A stretch of 64,000 bases of DNA, from the NCBI GenBank assembly GCA_001776935.1, contig MFDN01000005.1, positions 2,505 through 66,504 of the forward strand, written 5' to 3'. The notes beneath the pieces were generated by a model, which was not told where the DNA came from, searched no databases, and saw nothing but the letters and a program-made list of their open reading frames with translations. Both the position numbers and the translations under genes were made by a program. This stretch comes from Candidatus Daviesbacteria bacterium RIFCSPLOWO2_01_FULL_39_23 (GTDB lineage Bacteria; Patescibacteriota; Microgenomatia; Daviesbacterales; UBA10151). Shown here piece after piece: positions 1 to 8,358 of this stretch; the stretch's first letter is position 1, and the number at the start of each line of letters is the position of its first letter.

Positions 1-1
1 T

Positions 2-148
2 TTAAAGGAAGGCTCAATTGTATTCTGTCGCAAGCTGACTGATGATTTTCTCTGGCCGGCTGAAAAAATAAATCAGGAACCTAAATATCTGGTTATTTTA
101 AAAGACCTATTCTCAGATACCCTGCAAAAATGGTCGGAGATTCAATGA
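2..148 (+). CDS. 3' end of an unidentified CDS (partial)
   Basis: Open frame from the window edge, LKEGSIVFCRK...LQKWSEIQ, ending at TGA 146-148. Confidence 0.55.
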   Translation, partial: LKEGSIVFCRKLTDDFLWPAEKINQEPKYLVILKDLFSDTLQKWSEIQ

Positions 149-150
149 AT

Positions 151-561
151 AGCTTTCAGCTTTCAGTCATCAGTCGTCAGACATGAATACTCACAAATTC
201 AGGAAACTTACAGTATGGCAAAGATCAATACAGTTTGTCTCATTAATCTATAATATAACTTCTAGATTTCCAAAAGAAGAAAAATTCGGTTTAATAGATC
301 AAATTAGACGAGCTGCAGTCAGCATCTGTTTAAATATAGCAGAAGGCACAGGAGCCGGATCAGATGCTGAATTTATTAGATTTTTAAGGATGGCTCAACG
401 TTCTGCTTATGAGGTAATCGCAGCTTTAGAAATAGCTATCAATCTAAAAATGGCAAATTATACAAGTATAAATGACGCTATCAGCGAGGCTGATCAATTG
501 AGTGCTATGCTTAGCGGTCTTATTAAAAGTCTGAAAGCTGATAGCTGACGACTGACGACTA
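151..561. mobile_element. Four-helix-bundle gene bracketed by inverted heptamer arrays (type CTGACGA/CTTTCAG); mobility inferred
   Basis: Left 151-182 AGCTTTC AGCTTTC AGTCATC AGTCGTC; right 531-561 CTGAAAG CTGATAG CTGACGA CTGACGA, made of reverse-complement units. Confidence 0.6.
183..548 (+). CDS. Four helix bundle protein (23S rRNA IVP / Avd-like family)
   Basis: Motifs FRKLTVWQ, FPKEEKFGLIDQIRRAAVSICLNIAEG, RFLRMAQRSAYE. Confidence 0.92.
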   Translation: MNTHKFRKLTVWQRSIQFVSLIYNITSRFPKEEKFGLIDQIRRAAVSICLNIAEGTGAGSDAEFIRFLRMAQRSAYEVIAALEIAINLKMANYTSINDAISEADQLSAMLSGLIKSLKADS

Positions 562-1257
562 TTTACCAAAATTACGCCTTTGCTCCTGATACCAGGCAAC
601 TGCTTTTTTAAGTTCACCCGCATCAAAATCCGGCCAAAGCGTTGTAGTGAAATAGAATTCCGAATAGGCTGTTTGCCAAAGCAGAAAATTGGAAAGCCTT
701 GACCTGCCTCCTGTCCGAATTACCAATTCAGGGTCATTTTGACCATTAGTATATAAATGTCTTTCCACAATAGTTTCATTAATTTTTTTCACCTCAATAC
801 CCTCTTTAACAATATCTTTGATCGCTTCAATCAGTTCCTTTTTCCCTCCATAATTTAAAGCAATATTTAATTTGATTGACTCATTTTTAATATATGTTTT
901 TCTGATTTGATCAATCAGTTTGGTGATAGTAGCCGGGAGTCCGTGCATTTCCCCTAAAATAGTGATCCTGACTCCTTTTTGCATCATTTTCTTAAGTCTT
1001 TTATGATAGCCCCTTCTAATCAAGCTGAACAGACTTAAAACTTCTCTTTTTGCCCGCTCTTTGATATTTTCAGTAGAAAGCGCATAAACCGTAACAGTTT
1101 CCACCCCTAATTTCTCAGCCGCTTCCACCACCTTTTCTAAGGTCTCTGAGCCTTTTTCGTGCCCTTTTATATCAGGCAAACCCTTCCCTCTTGCCCATCT
1201 CCTGTTTCCATCCATAATTATGGCGATATGTTGGGGGATATTTTGTTTACTAATCAT
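559..1257 (-). CDS. uppS: Undecaprenyl diphosphate synthase (cis-prenyltransferase)
   Basis: HIAIIMDGNRRWA, IRTGGRSRLSNFLLWQ. Confidence 0.95.
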   Translation of the reverse strand: MISKQNIPQHIAIIMDGNRRWARGKGLPDIKGHEKGSETLEKVVEAAEKLGVETVTVYALSTENIKERAKREVLSLFSLIRRGYHKRLKKMMQKGVRITILGEMHGLPATITKLIDQIRKTYIKNESIKLNIALNYGGKKELIEAIKDIVKEGIEVKKINETIVERHLYTNGQNDPELVIRTGGRSRLSNFLLWQTAYSEFYFTTTLWPDFDAGELKKAVAWYQEQRRNFGK

Positions 1258-1261
1258 ATTT

Positions 1262-1362
1262 TTGCTATTAGCTTTTAGCTGTTAGCTATTTGCTGCTAAA
1301 AGCGAACAGCCTGCCCGCAATGCTACGCATAGCGTCGCAGGCGGGCCAATAGCGAATAGCTA
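1262..1362. repeat. Inverted heptamer hairpin (TAGCTNT/NAAYAGC) with a nested 36-bp GC-rich palindrome
   Basis: 1305-1345 is identical to the reverse complement of 22938-22978 in carB. Confidence 0.85.
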
Positions 1363-2211
1363 CTTAGTCCTTTCTACTAAATACTCTGCCATCTGCTGTA
1401 ATAATTTCCTCATTTTTATATCTTTAGTAATTTCCGGCAACATTTTCTTAGTTTGACTTATATATTTATCCGCTTCATTTTGTGCCGCAGTCATCCCTCC
1501 AATCCAACCCGCCTCATTGTCTAAAATATCATCCTTTATCTGAAAAGCAATCCCGATTTTTTCCCCAAATTTAGCCAAATGTTTCAACCATTGTTCGCCT
1601 GCCCCGGCCAAAGTTGCCCCCAAAACAAGCGGCCCGGAGACAGAATACTGCGCAGTCTTGTATTTAGCAACTACCAGGCTATCCCCTTTCTCCACATCCA
1701 GCATCTGTCCTATGGCAGTATTGAGCAGGATACCGGAGAGATATTTTAAAACTTCATTCTTCTTGCTATCCGGAAACCTGCTTTCCGCAATAATTCTTGT
1801 TGCCAGGAAAAACCCCCCGTCTCCAAGACAAATAGTCCGGGATATGCCTTTATGATCAGCCCCAAGAGCCTTATAGAGCGAAGGCTTGCCCCGCCTGACT
1901 TCACTCTGATCTATAACATCATCATGAGCCAAAAATGCGCTGTGAAATATTTCATAAGCTGCAGCAATTTTAATAATAGAGCTTTCAATCTGAGGACTGA
2001 TGACTGACGACTCCTTCCCTATCTCATATCCCAAAACCACTAACATCCCTCTAATCCTCTTTCCCCCGCGGCAACTGTCAATAAATTTATCAACCAATGG
2101 TAATAAACCATTGCTGATTACGCTAATTTCTGTTCTCCAGACAGCTAAAATCTTATTCAGCTCTTCATTAATCTTTGTAATATTTTTTTGGTAAAATTCC
2201 TCAAAATCCAT
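1360..2211 (-). CDS. Polyprenyl synthetase (FPP/GGPP synthase)
   Basis: GGKRIRG, HDDVID, FQIKDDILD aspartate-rich motifs. Confidence 0.92.
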   Translation of the reverse strand: MDFEEFYQKNITKINEELNKILAVWRTEISVISNGLLPLVDKFIDSCRGGKRIRGMLVVLGYEIGKESSVISPQIESSIIKIAAAYEIFHSAFLAHDDVIDQSEVRRGKPSLYKALGADHKGISRTICLGDGGFFLATRIIAESRFPDSKKNEVLKYLSGILLNTAIGQMLDVEKGDSLVVAKYKTAQYSVSGPLVLGATLAGAGEQWLKHLAKFGEKIGIAFQIKDDILDNEAGWIGGMTAAQNEADKYISQTKKMLPEITKDIKMRKLLQQMAEYLVERTK

Positions 2212-2258
2212 TTTTCTAATTTAACACATTCCGGGTAAAAGTGGTAAAATCCAAGCTT

Positions 2259-3437
2259 ATGCGCACTAAAATTAATCTTCGCGATTTTAACTCTGCCCAA
2301 AACAGGCGGGAATTTCTGGAAAAAGAACTGGATATTAGACTGGATAATATTGGCTGTTTCAGTTTTCCGGAAGATCAGGCTGTAGACAGAAACATCGAGA
2401 ACCTGATCGGAGCCACTCAAATCCCCTTGGGAGTTGCCGGACCATTATTGTTAGCGAAAAGCGAAAAGCGAAAAGCGAAAAGCTATTTTATTCCCCTTGC
2501 TACCACCGAAGGTGCCCTTGTAGCTTCGGTTTCCAGGGGATGCAAGGCAGTAAACGAGGCTGGCGGAGCAATGGTATTTGTGGAAAATACCGGGATTACG
2601 CGGGGCCCTGTTTTTAAAGCAGATAATTTAGAAAAATCCTTTAAAGCAAAAGCCTGGATCGAAAAAAATTTTAAAACCCTGGCCAAAGCAGCTGAAAGCA
2701 CTTCATCTCACCTGAAACTGCTTAAAGCAGAATACCAAATAACAGGCAGGAATTTATTTGTCAGGTTTTATTTTGATACTGCTGATGCCATGGGCATGAA
2801 TATGGCAACCATTGCCACTGGAGAAATGGTGAAAATAATTGAAAACAAAACAGGCGTCAAATGCATATCTTTATCAGGCAACTTTTGTATTGACAAAAAA
2901 CCTTCATATTTAAATTTTATTCTGGGAAGGGGCAAAAAGGTTTGGGCCGAAAGCATCTTACCTAAAAAGCTGGTTATTGATACTTTAAAAGTTACTCCTC
3001 AGGAAATTGCGGAAGTAGTTGAAAGAAAATGCCACATAGGCTCTATCATATCCGGATCTTTAGGCTACAACTCTCATTTCGCTAACATCGTTGCCGCTAT
3101 TTTTGCCGCCACCGGTCAGGACCTGGCTCATGTAGTAGAAGCAAGTATGGGAGTTACTTCAGCTGAGGTGCTGGAAAATGGGGACCTTTATTTTTCCATC
3201 TATCTCCCCTCTTTGGTAGTCGGCACTGTAGGAGGAGGCACGCATTTACCTACCCAGCAGGAAGCTTTAAAAATAATGCAGGTTTGTGATGTGCTAGAAT
3301 ATTCTCAAGTTGTCGGGGCAGCAGTATTGGCAGGCGAGCTTTCACTTTTGGCCTCACTAGCAGAAGGCTCGCTGATAAAAGCACATAGACAATTAGGAAG
3401 GAAGGAGCGAAGTCGCGAGTCAACCAAAGCAATTTGA
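2259..3437 (+). CDS. hmgA: HMG-CoA reductase, class I (NADPH)
   Basis: ENLIG, PLATTEGALVAS, DAMGMNM, GTVGGGT; start moved to ATG 2259 after TGGTAAAAT. Confidence 0.93.
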   Translation: MRTKINLRDFNSAQNRREFLEKELDIRLDNIGCFSFPEDQAVDRNIENLIGATQIPLGVAGPLLLAKSEKRKAKSYFIPLATTEGALVASVSRGCKAVNEAGGAMVFVENTGITRGPVFKADNLEKSFKAKAWIEKNFKTLAKAAESTSSHLKLLKAEYQITGRNLFVRFYFDTADAMGMNMATIATGEMVKIIENKTGVKCISLSGNFCIDKKPSYLNFILGRGKKVWAESILPKKLVIDTLKVTPQEIAEVVERKCHIGSIISGSLGYNSHFANIVAAIFAATGQDLAHVVEASMGVTSAEVLENGDLYFSIYLPSLVVGTVGGGTHLPTQQEALKIMQVCDVLEYSQVVGAAVLAGELSLLASLAEGSLIKAHRQLGRKERSRESTKAI

Positions 3438-3550
3438 GGATTTTGTGTGCAGTCCTACTTCACAAAATTCTCATATAGCAAGGCTAGAGAGAACTATCAT
3501 GTTGCAGTATTAACTAACCGAGCGGTGCTTTGTGACCGCGACGAGCGACC
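3404..3550 (+). repeat. Structured dispersed repeat, family B copy 1
   Basis: Homologous to 13444-13586; closing stem GTCGCG.GTCA..CAAAGCA / TGCTTTG.TGAC.CGCGAC. Confidence 0.85.
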
Positions 3551-3554
3551 ATCT

Positions 3555-4598
3555 ATGACTGGAATTGTTTCATACGGAGTTTACATACCAAAATACAGAA
3601 TAAAGCCCTCACAAGTGGCTCATGCCTGGGGCAAAGAAGTCAAAGGGGTAGAAAACTCTTTGGGAGTTTTTGAAAAAGCAGTAGCATCCGTAGATGAAGA
3701 TGCAGTAACTTTAGCAGTTGAGTCAAGTTTTAGAGCCTTAACAAACGGGCAAATTGAACCGGAAAAAATTGGCGCTATCACAATTGGTTCTGAATCACAC
3801 CCTTATGCTGTTAAACCCTCCTCTACCACAGTAGCCGGCATTTTAGGTATGCAGGGTGAATATCTGGCAGTTGATTTGGAATTTGCCTGTAAAGCCGGCA
3901 CTGCCGGAATACAACTCCTTTCCTCTTTGGTTGAAGCCAAAAAAGCCCAATATTGCCTGGCTATAGGTTCAGATGTGGCACAGGCCAAGCCTTCGGATGT
4001 TTTGGAATATACTGCCGGATCTGCTGCTGCAGCTTTTATCTTAGGCCGTGATAACTTGATTGCCGAGCTTTTAGATTTTACCTCTTATTCATCTGATACC
4101 CCTGATTTTTGGAGAAAAGACAACGAAAAATTCCCTTCCCATGCCGGCAGGTTTACCGGCGGTCCGGCTTATTTTGCCCATGTTGGCAAAGCCTCAGAGC
4201 TTATATTTGAAAAAACTAAAATGAAACCTTCTGATTTTGATTATGCTGTTTTTCATATGCCAAACGGAAAATTCCCCAAAGAGGCAGCCAGAAAATTAGG
4301 CTTCAGTGAACAACAGCTTAAACCAGGCTTTGTGGTACCTTTTATCGGTAACCCCTACTCTGCCTCATCAATGGTAGGACTTGCAGCTACTCTGGATATT
4401 GCCAAAAATGGTGATAAGATTTTTGTCTGTTCCTACGGCTCAGGAGCAGGTGCTGATGCTTTTGTTTTTGAAGTAACAAAAAATATTACCGCTCACCAGA
4501 CTAAAAACAAAGAAAGTGTGGCAAAACAGATTAAGAATAAACAATATATAGACTATTCATTGCTGGCTAAGAATATTATTAGCAAGTATAGGATTTAA
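3555..4598 (+). CDS. HMG-CoA synthase, archaeal type
   Basis: GSESHPYAVKP, EFACKAGT, FHMPNGKFP, IGNPYSAS; start moved to ATG 3555 downstream of the repeat. Confidence 0.93.
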   Translation: MTGIVSYGVYIPKYRIKPSQVAHAWGKEVKGVENSLGVFEKAVASVDEDAVTLAVESSFRALTNGQIEPEKIGAITIGSESHPYAVKPSSTTVAGILGMQGEYLAVDLEFACKAGTAGIQLLSSLVEAKKAQYCLAIGSDVAQAKPSDVLEYTAGSAAAAFILGRDNLIAELLDFTSYSSDTPDFWRKDNEKFPSHAGRFTGGPAYFAHVGKASELIFEKTKMKPSDFDYAVFHMPNGKFPKEAARKLGFSEQQLKPGFVVPFIGNPYSASSMVGLAATLDIAKNGDKIFVCSYGSGAGADAFVFEVTKNITAHQTKNKESVAKQIKNKQYIDYSLLAKNIISKYRI

Positions 4599-4599
4599 G

Positions 4600-4739
4600 A
4601 AGAGTCAAGAGACTAGCAACTAGAGTCAAGGAAAATAATACTTGACCCATTCGGCTTCGCCAAATCTGACTTGGCTTCGCTCAGGGTCATCCTGAGTATA
4701 GTCGAAGGATTGACTCTAGACTCTAGCGACTAGTCACTA
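4600..4739. repeat. Gene-less inverted heptamer element (AGAGTCA type) with a nested palindromic insertion
   Basis: 4710-4739 is identical to 8727-8756; insert 4647-4709 is flanked by a TTGAC duplication. Confidence 0.85.
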
Positions 4740-4742
4740 ATT

Positions 4743-5894
4743 ATGAAGATTAAAGTTTTAGGTACCGGTTTAACAAAATTTGGAGAGCTTTGGGACAAAT
4801 CACTTTTTGATTTGGCACAGGAGGCAGCTTTGGAAGCTATTGGCGATTCGCATTTAGCTGTTAACCAAATTGAAGCTGTCTTTGTGGCTAATATGTTATC
4901 CGGGAAATTATCCGGACAAGATCACCTGGGAGCAGTCGTAGCTTCTAATTTAGGCTTATCCGGCGCCTCTTTTAGAATAGAAGCAGCCTGCGCTTCCGGG
5001 GGCCTGGCAGTACACTTGGCCATCCAATCACTTCTTTCAGGCACTTATAAAAAGGTCCTGGTTGTGGGAGTGGAAAAAATGACTGATTCCCCTGCTTCAG
5101 AGATTACTTCTGCTTTAATGGGCGCTGGCTCGCAGACAGAAAGGCTGGCCGGCTTAACTTTTCCCGGCCTGTATGCTTTGATGGCCAAAGCCCATATGCA
5201 AAAATACGGCACCACCAAAAATGAACTGGCTCAGGTGGCTGTTAAAAACCACTATCATGCTTCTTTAAACGATAAAGCCCAATTTCCCTATGAAGTTACA
5301 GAAGAAAAGGTCCTGGAAAGTTCCTGTATCTGCACCCCTTTTACCCTGTTTGATGCCTCCCCTGTTTCAGACGGCGCAGGAGCTTTGGTTTTATCAGCAG
5401 ATGATGAACCTGGGAGCCTGCCGGCCGGCAGGCAGGTTTTCATCAGCGGGTCAGCTGTTGCAACCGACACCATTGACCTTGCCAACAGAAAATCATTGAC
5501 AGAAATTACAGCAACTCAAACAGCTTCTCAGAAAGCCTTAAAACAGGCAGGAGTGGAAATAAAAGATATTAAAGTGGCAGAAGTTCACGATTGCTTTACC
5601 ATCGCGGAAATTTTGGCCATGGAAGATTTGGGTTTTTGCCAAAAAGGCGAAGGAGGCAGGTTTATTGCCAAAGGCACCACTAAACTGGGAGGGAAATTAC
5701 CCGTAAACACCTCAGGAGGCTTAAAAGCCTGCGGTCATCCGGTGGGAGCTACCGGTGTTAAACAAATTGTAGAAATAACTAATCAATTAAGGGGAAATTT
5801 GGGCAAAAGGCAGGTCAAAGGAGCCAATGTCGGCCTAACTCAAAATGTGGGCGGAACAGGCGCAACAGTAGTAGTACATGTACTACAAAATTAA
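4743..5894 (+). CDS. Acetyl-CoA acetyltransferase (thiolase), archaeal type
   Basis: EAACASGG, EVHDCFT, NTSGGLKACGHPVGATG. Confidence 0.93.
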   Translation: MKIKVLGTGLTKFGELWDKSLFDLAQEAALEAIGDSHLAVNQIEAVFVANMLSGKLSGQDHLGAVVASNLGLSGASFRIEAACASGGLAVHLAIQSLLSGTYKKVLVVGVEKMTDSPASEITSALMGAGSQTERLAGLTFPGLYALMAKAHMQKYGTTKNELAQVAVKNHYHASLNDKAQFPYEVTEEKVLESSCICTPFTLFDASPVSDGAGALVLSADDEPGSLPAGRQVFISGSAVATDTIDLANRKSLTEITATQTASQKALKQAGVEIKDIKVAEVHDCFTIAEILAMEDLGFCQKGEGGRFIAKGTTKLGGKLPVNTSGGLKACGHPVGATGVKQIVEITNQLRGNLGKRQVKGANVGLTQNVGGTGATVVVHVLQN

Positions 5895-5982
5895 CAATTT
5901 ACAATGTACAATTTACAATTGAATTCACAATCTATATTTTTGTTTTCTGCTTTGTACATTCTACATTTTACATTGTACATTG
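5894..5982. repeat. Inverted heptamer element (ACAATKT / TTKTACA type)
   Basis: ACAATTT ACAATGT ACAATTT ... TTGTACA TTCTACA TTTTACA TTGTACA; related to 47660-47746. Confidence 0.75.
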
Positions 5983-5998
5983 AAGGCAACGCCGACCT

Positions 5999-6298
5999 AT
6001 GAACAGCCCGGTACAAATTTGGAGATCGCATAAAAACTTACATAACTACCTTGGGAAACAAGGCAGGCTTTTGGTGTGGACTAAAATATTCATTGCCCCC
6101 TCCGGTTTTGAGCATCAAACTCCCTATATTGTTGGAATTGTAGAATTTGCTGACAAAGAAAAATTGCCTTTGCAGATTGTAGATTGCGAAGAAGAATCGT
6201 TAAAACCAAATCAAAAAGTTAAAGTAGTTATTAGAAAAATAGGCAAAGTAAAATCAGAAGATGTGATTGAATACGGGCTCAAAGCAAAACCTTTATGA
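5999..6298 (+). CDS. DUF35-like OB-fold partner of thiolase/HMG-CoA synthase
   Basis: Follows the thiolase; PSGFEHQTPYIVGIVE and IEYGLKAKP resemble the DUF35 OB domain; no Cys zinc ribbon. Confidence 0.8.
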   Translation: MNSPVQIWRSHKNLHNYLGKQGRLLVWTKIFIAPSGFEHQTPYIVGIVEFADKEKLPLQIVDCEEESLKPNQKVKVVIRKIGKVKSEDVIEYGLKAKPL

Positions 6299-7308
6299 AG
6301 ACCTCCGGCAGGACAATTACAGTTTCTGCCCCGGGAAAAATACACCTGCTTGGCGAACATTCTGTAGTATATGGGAAGCCTGCTTTGCTTACGGCTATAA
6401 ATCTCAGGACCAATGTCATCCTGACGGCAAAACCCGAAGGATCTCTCGCGAATGCAAGCTCCTCAGATGAACTGAGAGATTCTTCTCCGCCCACAGCTAC
6501 GCAGTTGCTGGCGGATCAGAATGACAAAATAAAGGCAATAATTGAACCTATCGTTAAAAAATATCTGAAAATAAAACAAATCCCGCCCTATAAATTGGAA
6601 ATTTCCTCAGAATTTCCTTTAGGAGCAGGGCTTGGCTCTTCTGCTGCCATATCTTCGGCATACATCGGCGCGCTCTTAACTTTTCTTAAAATTAAATGGG
6701 ACTTACACCTTATCAATAAACTTTCCTTTGAGGCTGAAAAAGCTTTTCATGGAAATCCTTCGGGCGCAGATAATGCCGCAGTAGTGTTTGGGGGCTTAAT
6801 CTGGTTTAGAAAAGAAACTACTGATTTAAAAATAATCCAACCGATTAACTCCCCTGTCCCTGCCAATATAGCTGGAAATTTTATACTGATTAACACCGGA
6901 AAACCAAAAGAAACTACCAAAGAAATGGTGGGATTAGTAAAATTAAGAGTCAAGAGTCAAGAGTCAAGAGTCAAGAAAATATTTGATCATCAGGAACAAT
7001 TAGTTAAAGAGCTTTTACTGACCATTCAATGCGGGAATGAAAAGGAATTAATCAAAATTATCAGGGCAGGAGAGAAAAACTTGGAAAAGATGGGTGTAGT
7101 TTCTTGGTATGTTCAATCTATTATCAGAAAAATAGAAAAAGCCGGAGGTGCTGCAAAAGTGTGCGGAGGAGGAGGAAAAACCAAAGCAACAGGTGTACTT
7201 TTGGCTTATCATCCGGAAAAATCAGTACTGGAAAAAATTGCAAAATCATATGATCTACCTTATTATACGGTTGTCTTGGGAGCCGAAGGCCTGCGAAAGG
7301 AAATATAA
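6295..7308 (+). CDS. mvk: Mevalonate kinase (GHMP kinase)
   Basis: SAPGKIHLLGEHSVVYG, PLGAGLGSSAA, HGNPSGADN. Confidence 0.88.
   Translation: MKTSGRTITVSAPGKIHLLGEHSVVYGKPALLTAINLRTNVILTAKPEGSLANASSSDELRDSSPPTATQLLADQNDKIKAIIEPIVKKYLKIKQIPPYKLEISSEFPLGAGLGSSAAISSAYIGALLTFLKIKWDLHLINKLSFEAEKAFHGNPSGADNAAVVFGGLIWFRKETTDLKIIQPINSPVPANIAGNFILINTGKPKETTKEMVGLVKLRVKSQESRVKKIFDHQEQLVKELLLTIQCGNEKELIKIIRAGEKNLEKMGVVSWYVQSIIRKIEKAGGAAKVCGGGGKTKATGVLLAYHPEKSVLEKIAKSYDLPYYTVVLGAEGLRKEI
6414..6526. repeat. TGTCAT...ATGACA double-hairpin element, in-frame in mvk
   Basis: TGTCATCCTGA..GAAGGATCTC..GAGATTCTTC..TCAGAATGACA; read as VILTAKPEGS...PPTATQLLADQND. Confidence 0.9.
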
Positions 7309-7316
7309 CCACTTGA

Positions 7317-7344
7317 TTGTACGATCGCACACTAAAATGATAAA
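7317..7344 (-). promoter_or_regulatory. Orphan copy of the PaaX-like promoter/operator motif
   Basis: ATTGTACGATCGCACACTAAAATG closely matches 20590-20613 ATTGTACGATCGTACACCAAAATG. Confidence 0.5.
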
Positions 7345-7356
7345 AATGAAGCTAAA

Positions 7357-8358
7357 ATGAAAAGAGAAATAACAATATCAGCCCCCGGAAAATTAATGTT
7401 ACTTGGTGAACATGCTGTTGTTTATAACAGGCCCTGTATTGTTACAGCAGTCGGACAAAGAATGAGAGCTACAGTTGAGCTAACAGAGAAATCAACTTTC
7501 CAGCTTAATGCCCCGGATGTACAAATTGCAAATTATCAAAAGCCAATGGATCAATTAGGAATTGGCGATCTTCCCAAAGGAGCTAAATTTGTAGAAATTG
7601 CAGTGGTGAATTTCTTAAGGTCACTCCTTGAGTACTCAAGGAGTGACCTTGTAAAACCGGGAGTCAAGGTTTCTACGACCTCAGAATTTTCTTCCCAATT
7701 CGGTTTTGGCTCTTCCTCCGCCTCTACTGTTTGCGTAATTAAAGCCTTATCAGAAATTACAGAAGCAAATCTTAATAACAAAGAGATCTTTGATCTCGCG
7801 TACAAGACAGTGCTTGATATACAGGGCAAAGGTTCGGGATTTGATGCAGCAGCAGCCACCTTTGGAGGCACACTTTATTTTGTAACCGGAGGAAAAACAA
7901 TTGAACCTTTAAACATTGACTCCCTTCCTTTAATAGTTGGTTACAGCGGCATTAAAGCAGATACTGTCACCTTAATAAATCAGGTAAAAGAAAAAGCCGG
8001 GGGAAACCCCCAAGCTGTAGAAGATATTTATGACAATATTGGCAAGCTGGTAGAACAAGCCAAACTCGCTCTTTTGGGTAAAGATTGGCAAAGCTTAGGT
8101 GAGCTTATGAATGAAAACCAAAAACTACTAACCAAACTTGGAGTAAGCATAAACAAGCTTGATGATATGATTGCTGCCGCCCTTAAAGCAGGGGCATATG
8201 GGGCAAAGCTGTCCGGCGCCGGCGGCGGAGACTGTATGATAGCTTTAGCGCCGGAGGATAAGGTGCAAGCCGTCAAAGATGGAATAACCTCTGTCGGCGG
8301 CCAGATAATTGAGGTAGAAACGAATGCAGAAGGAGCTAGAATAGAGACGAGGGACTAG
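7357..8358 (+). CDS. Second GHMP kinase, probably phosphomevalonate kinase
   Basis: SAPGKLMLLGEHAVVY, FGFGSSSA, GKGSGFD, KLSGAGGGDC; lies between mvk and mvaD. Confidence 0.75.
   Translation: MKREITISAPGKLMLLGEHAVVYNRPCIVTAVGQRMRATVELTEKSTFQLNAPDVQIANYQKPMDQLGIGDLPKGAKFVEIAVVNFLRSLLEYSRSDLVKPGVKVSTTSEFSSQFGFGSSSASTVCVIKALSEITEANLNNKEIFDLAYKTVLDIQGKGSGFDAAAATFGGTLYFVTGGKTIEPLNIDSLPLIVGYSGIKADTVTLINQVKEKAGGNPQAVEDIYDNIGKLVEQAKLALLGKDWQSLGELMNENQKLLTKLGVSINKLDDMIAAALKAGAYGAKLSGAGGGDCMIALAPEDKVQAVKDGITSVGGQIIEVETNAEGARIETRD
7617..7650. repeat. Perfect 34-bp palindrome inside a CDS
   Basis: AAGGTCACTCCTTGAGT|ACTCAAGGAGTGACCTT. Confidence 0.9.

Noticed and set aside
183-548. 23S rRNA intervening sequence
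   Set aside because: The flanks are protein-coding genes and no rRNA sequence is present.
2452-6975. Heptamer runs as ordinary phase-variation microsatellites or assembly errors
   Set aside because: Most arrays are degenerate, come as inverted pairs, recur at distant loci and leave frames intact. Slippage at the near-perfect runs (2452-2485, 6945-6975) cannot be excluded.
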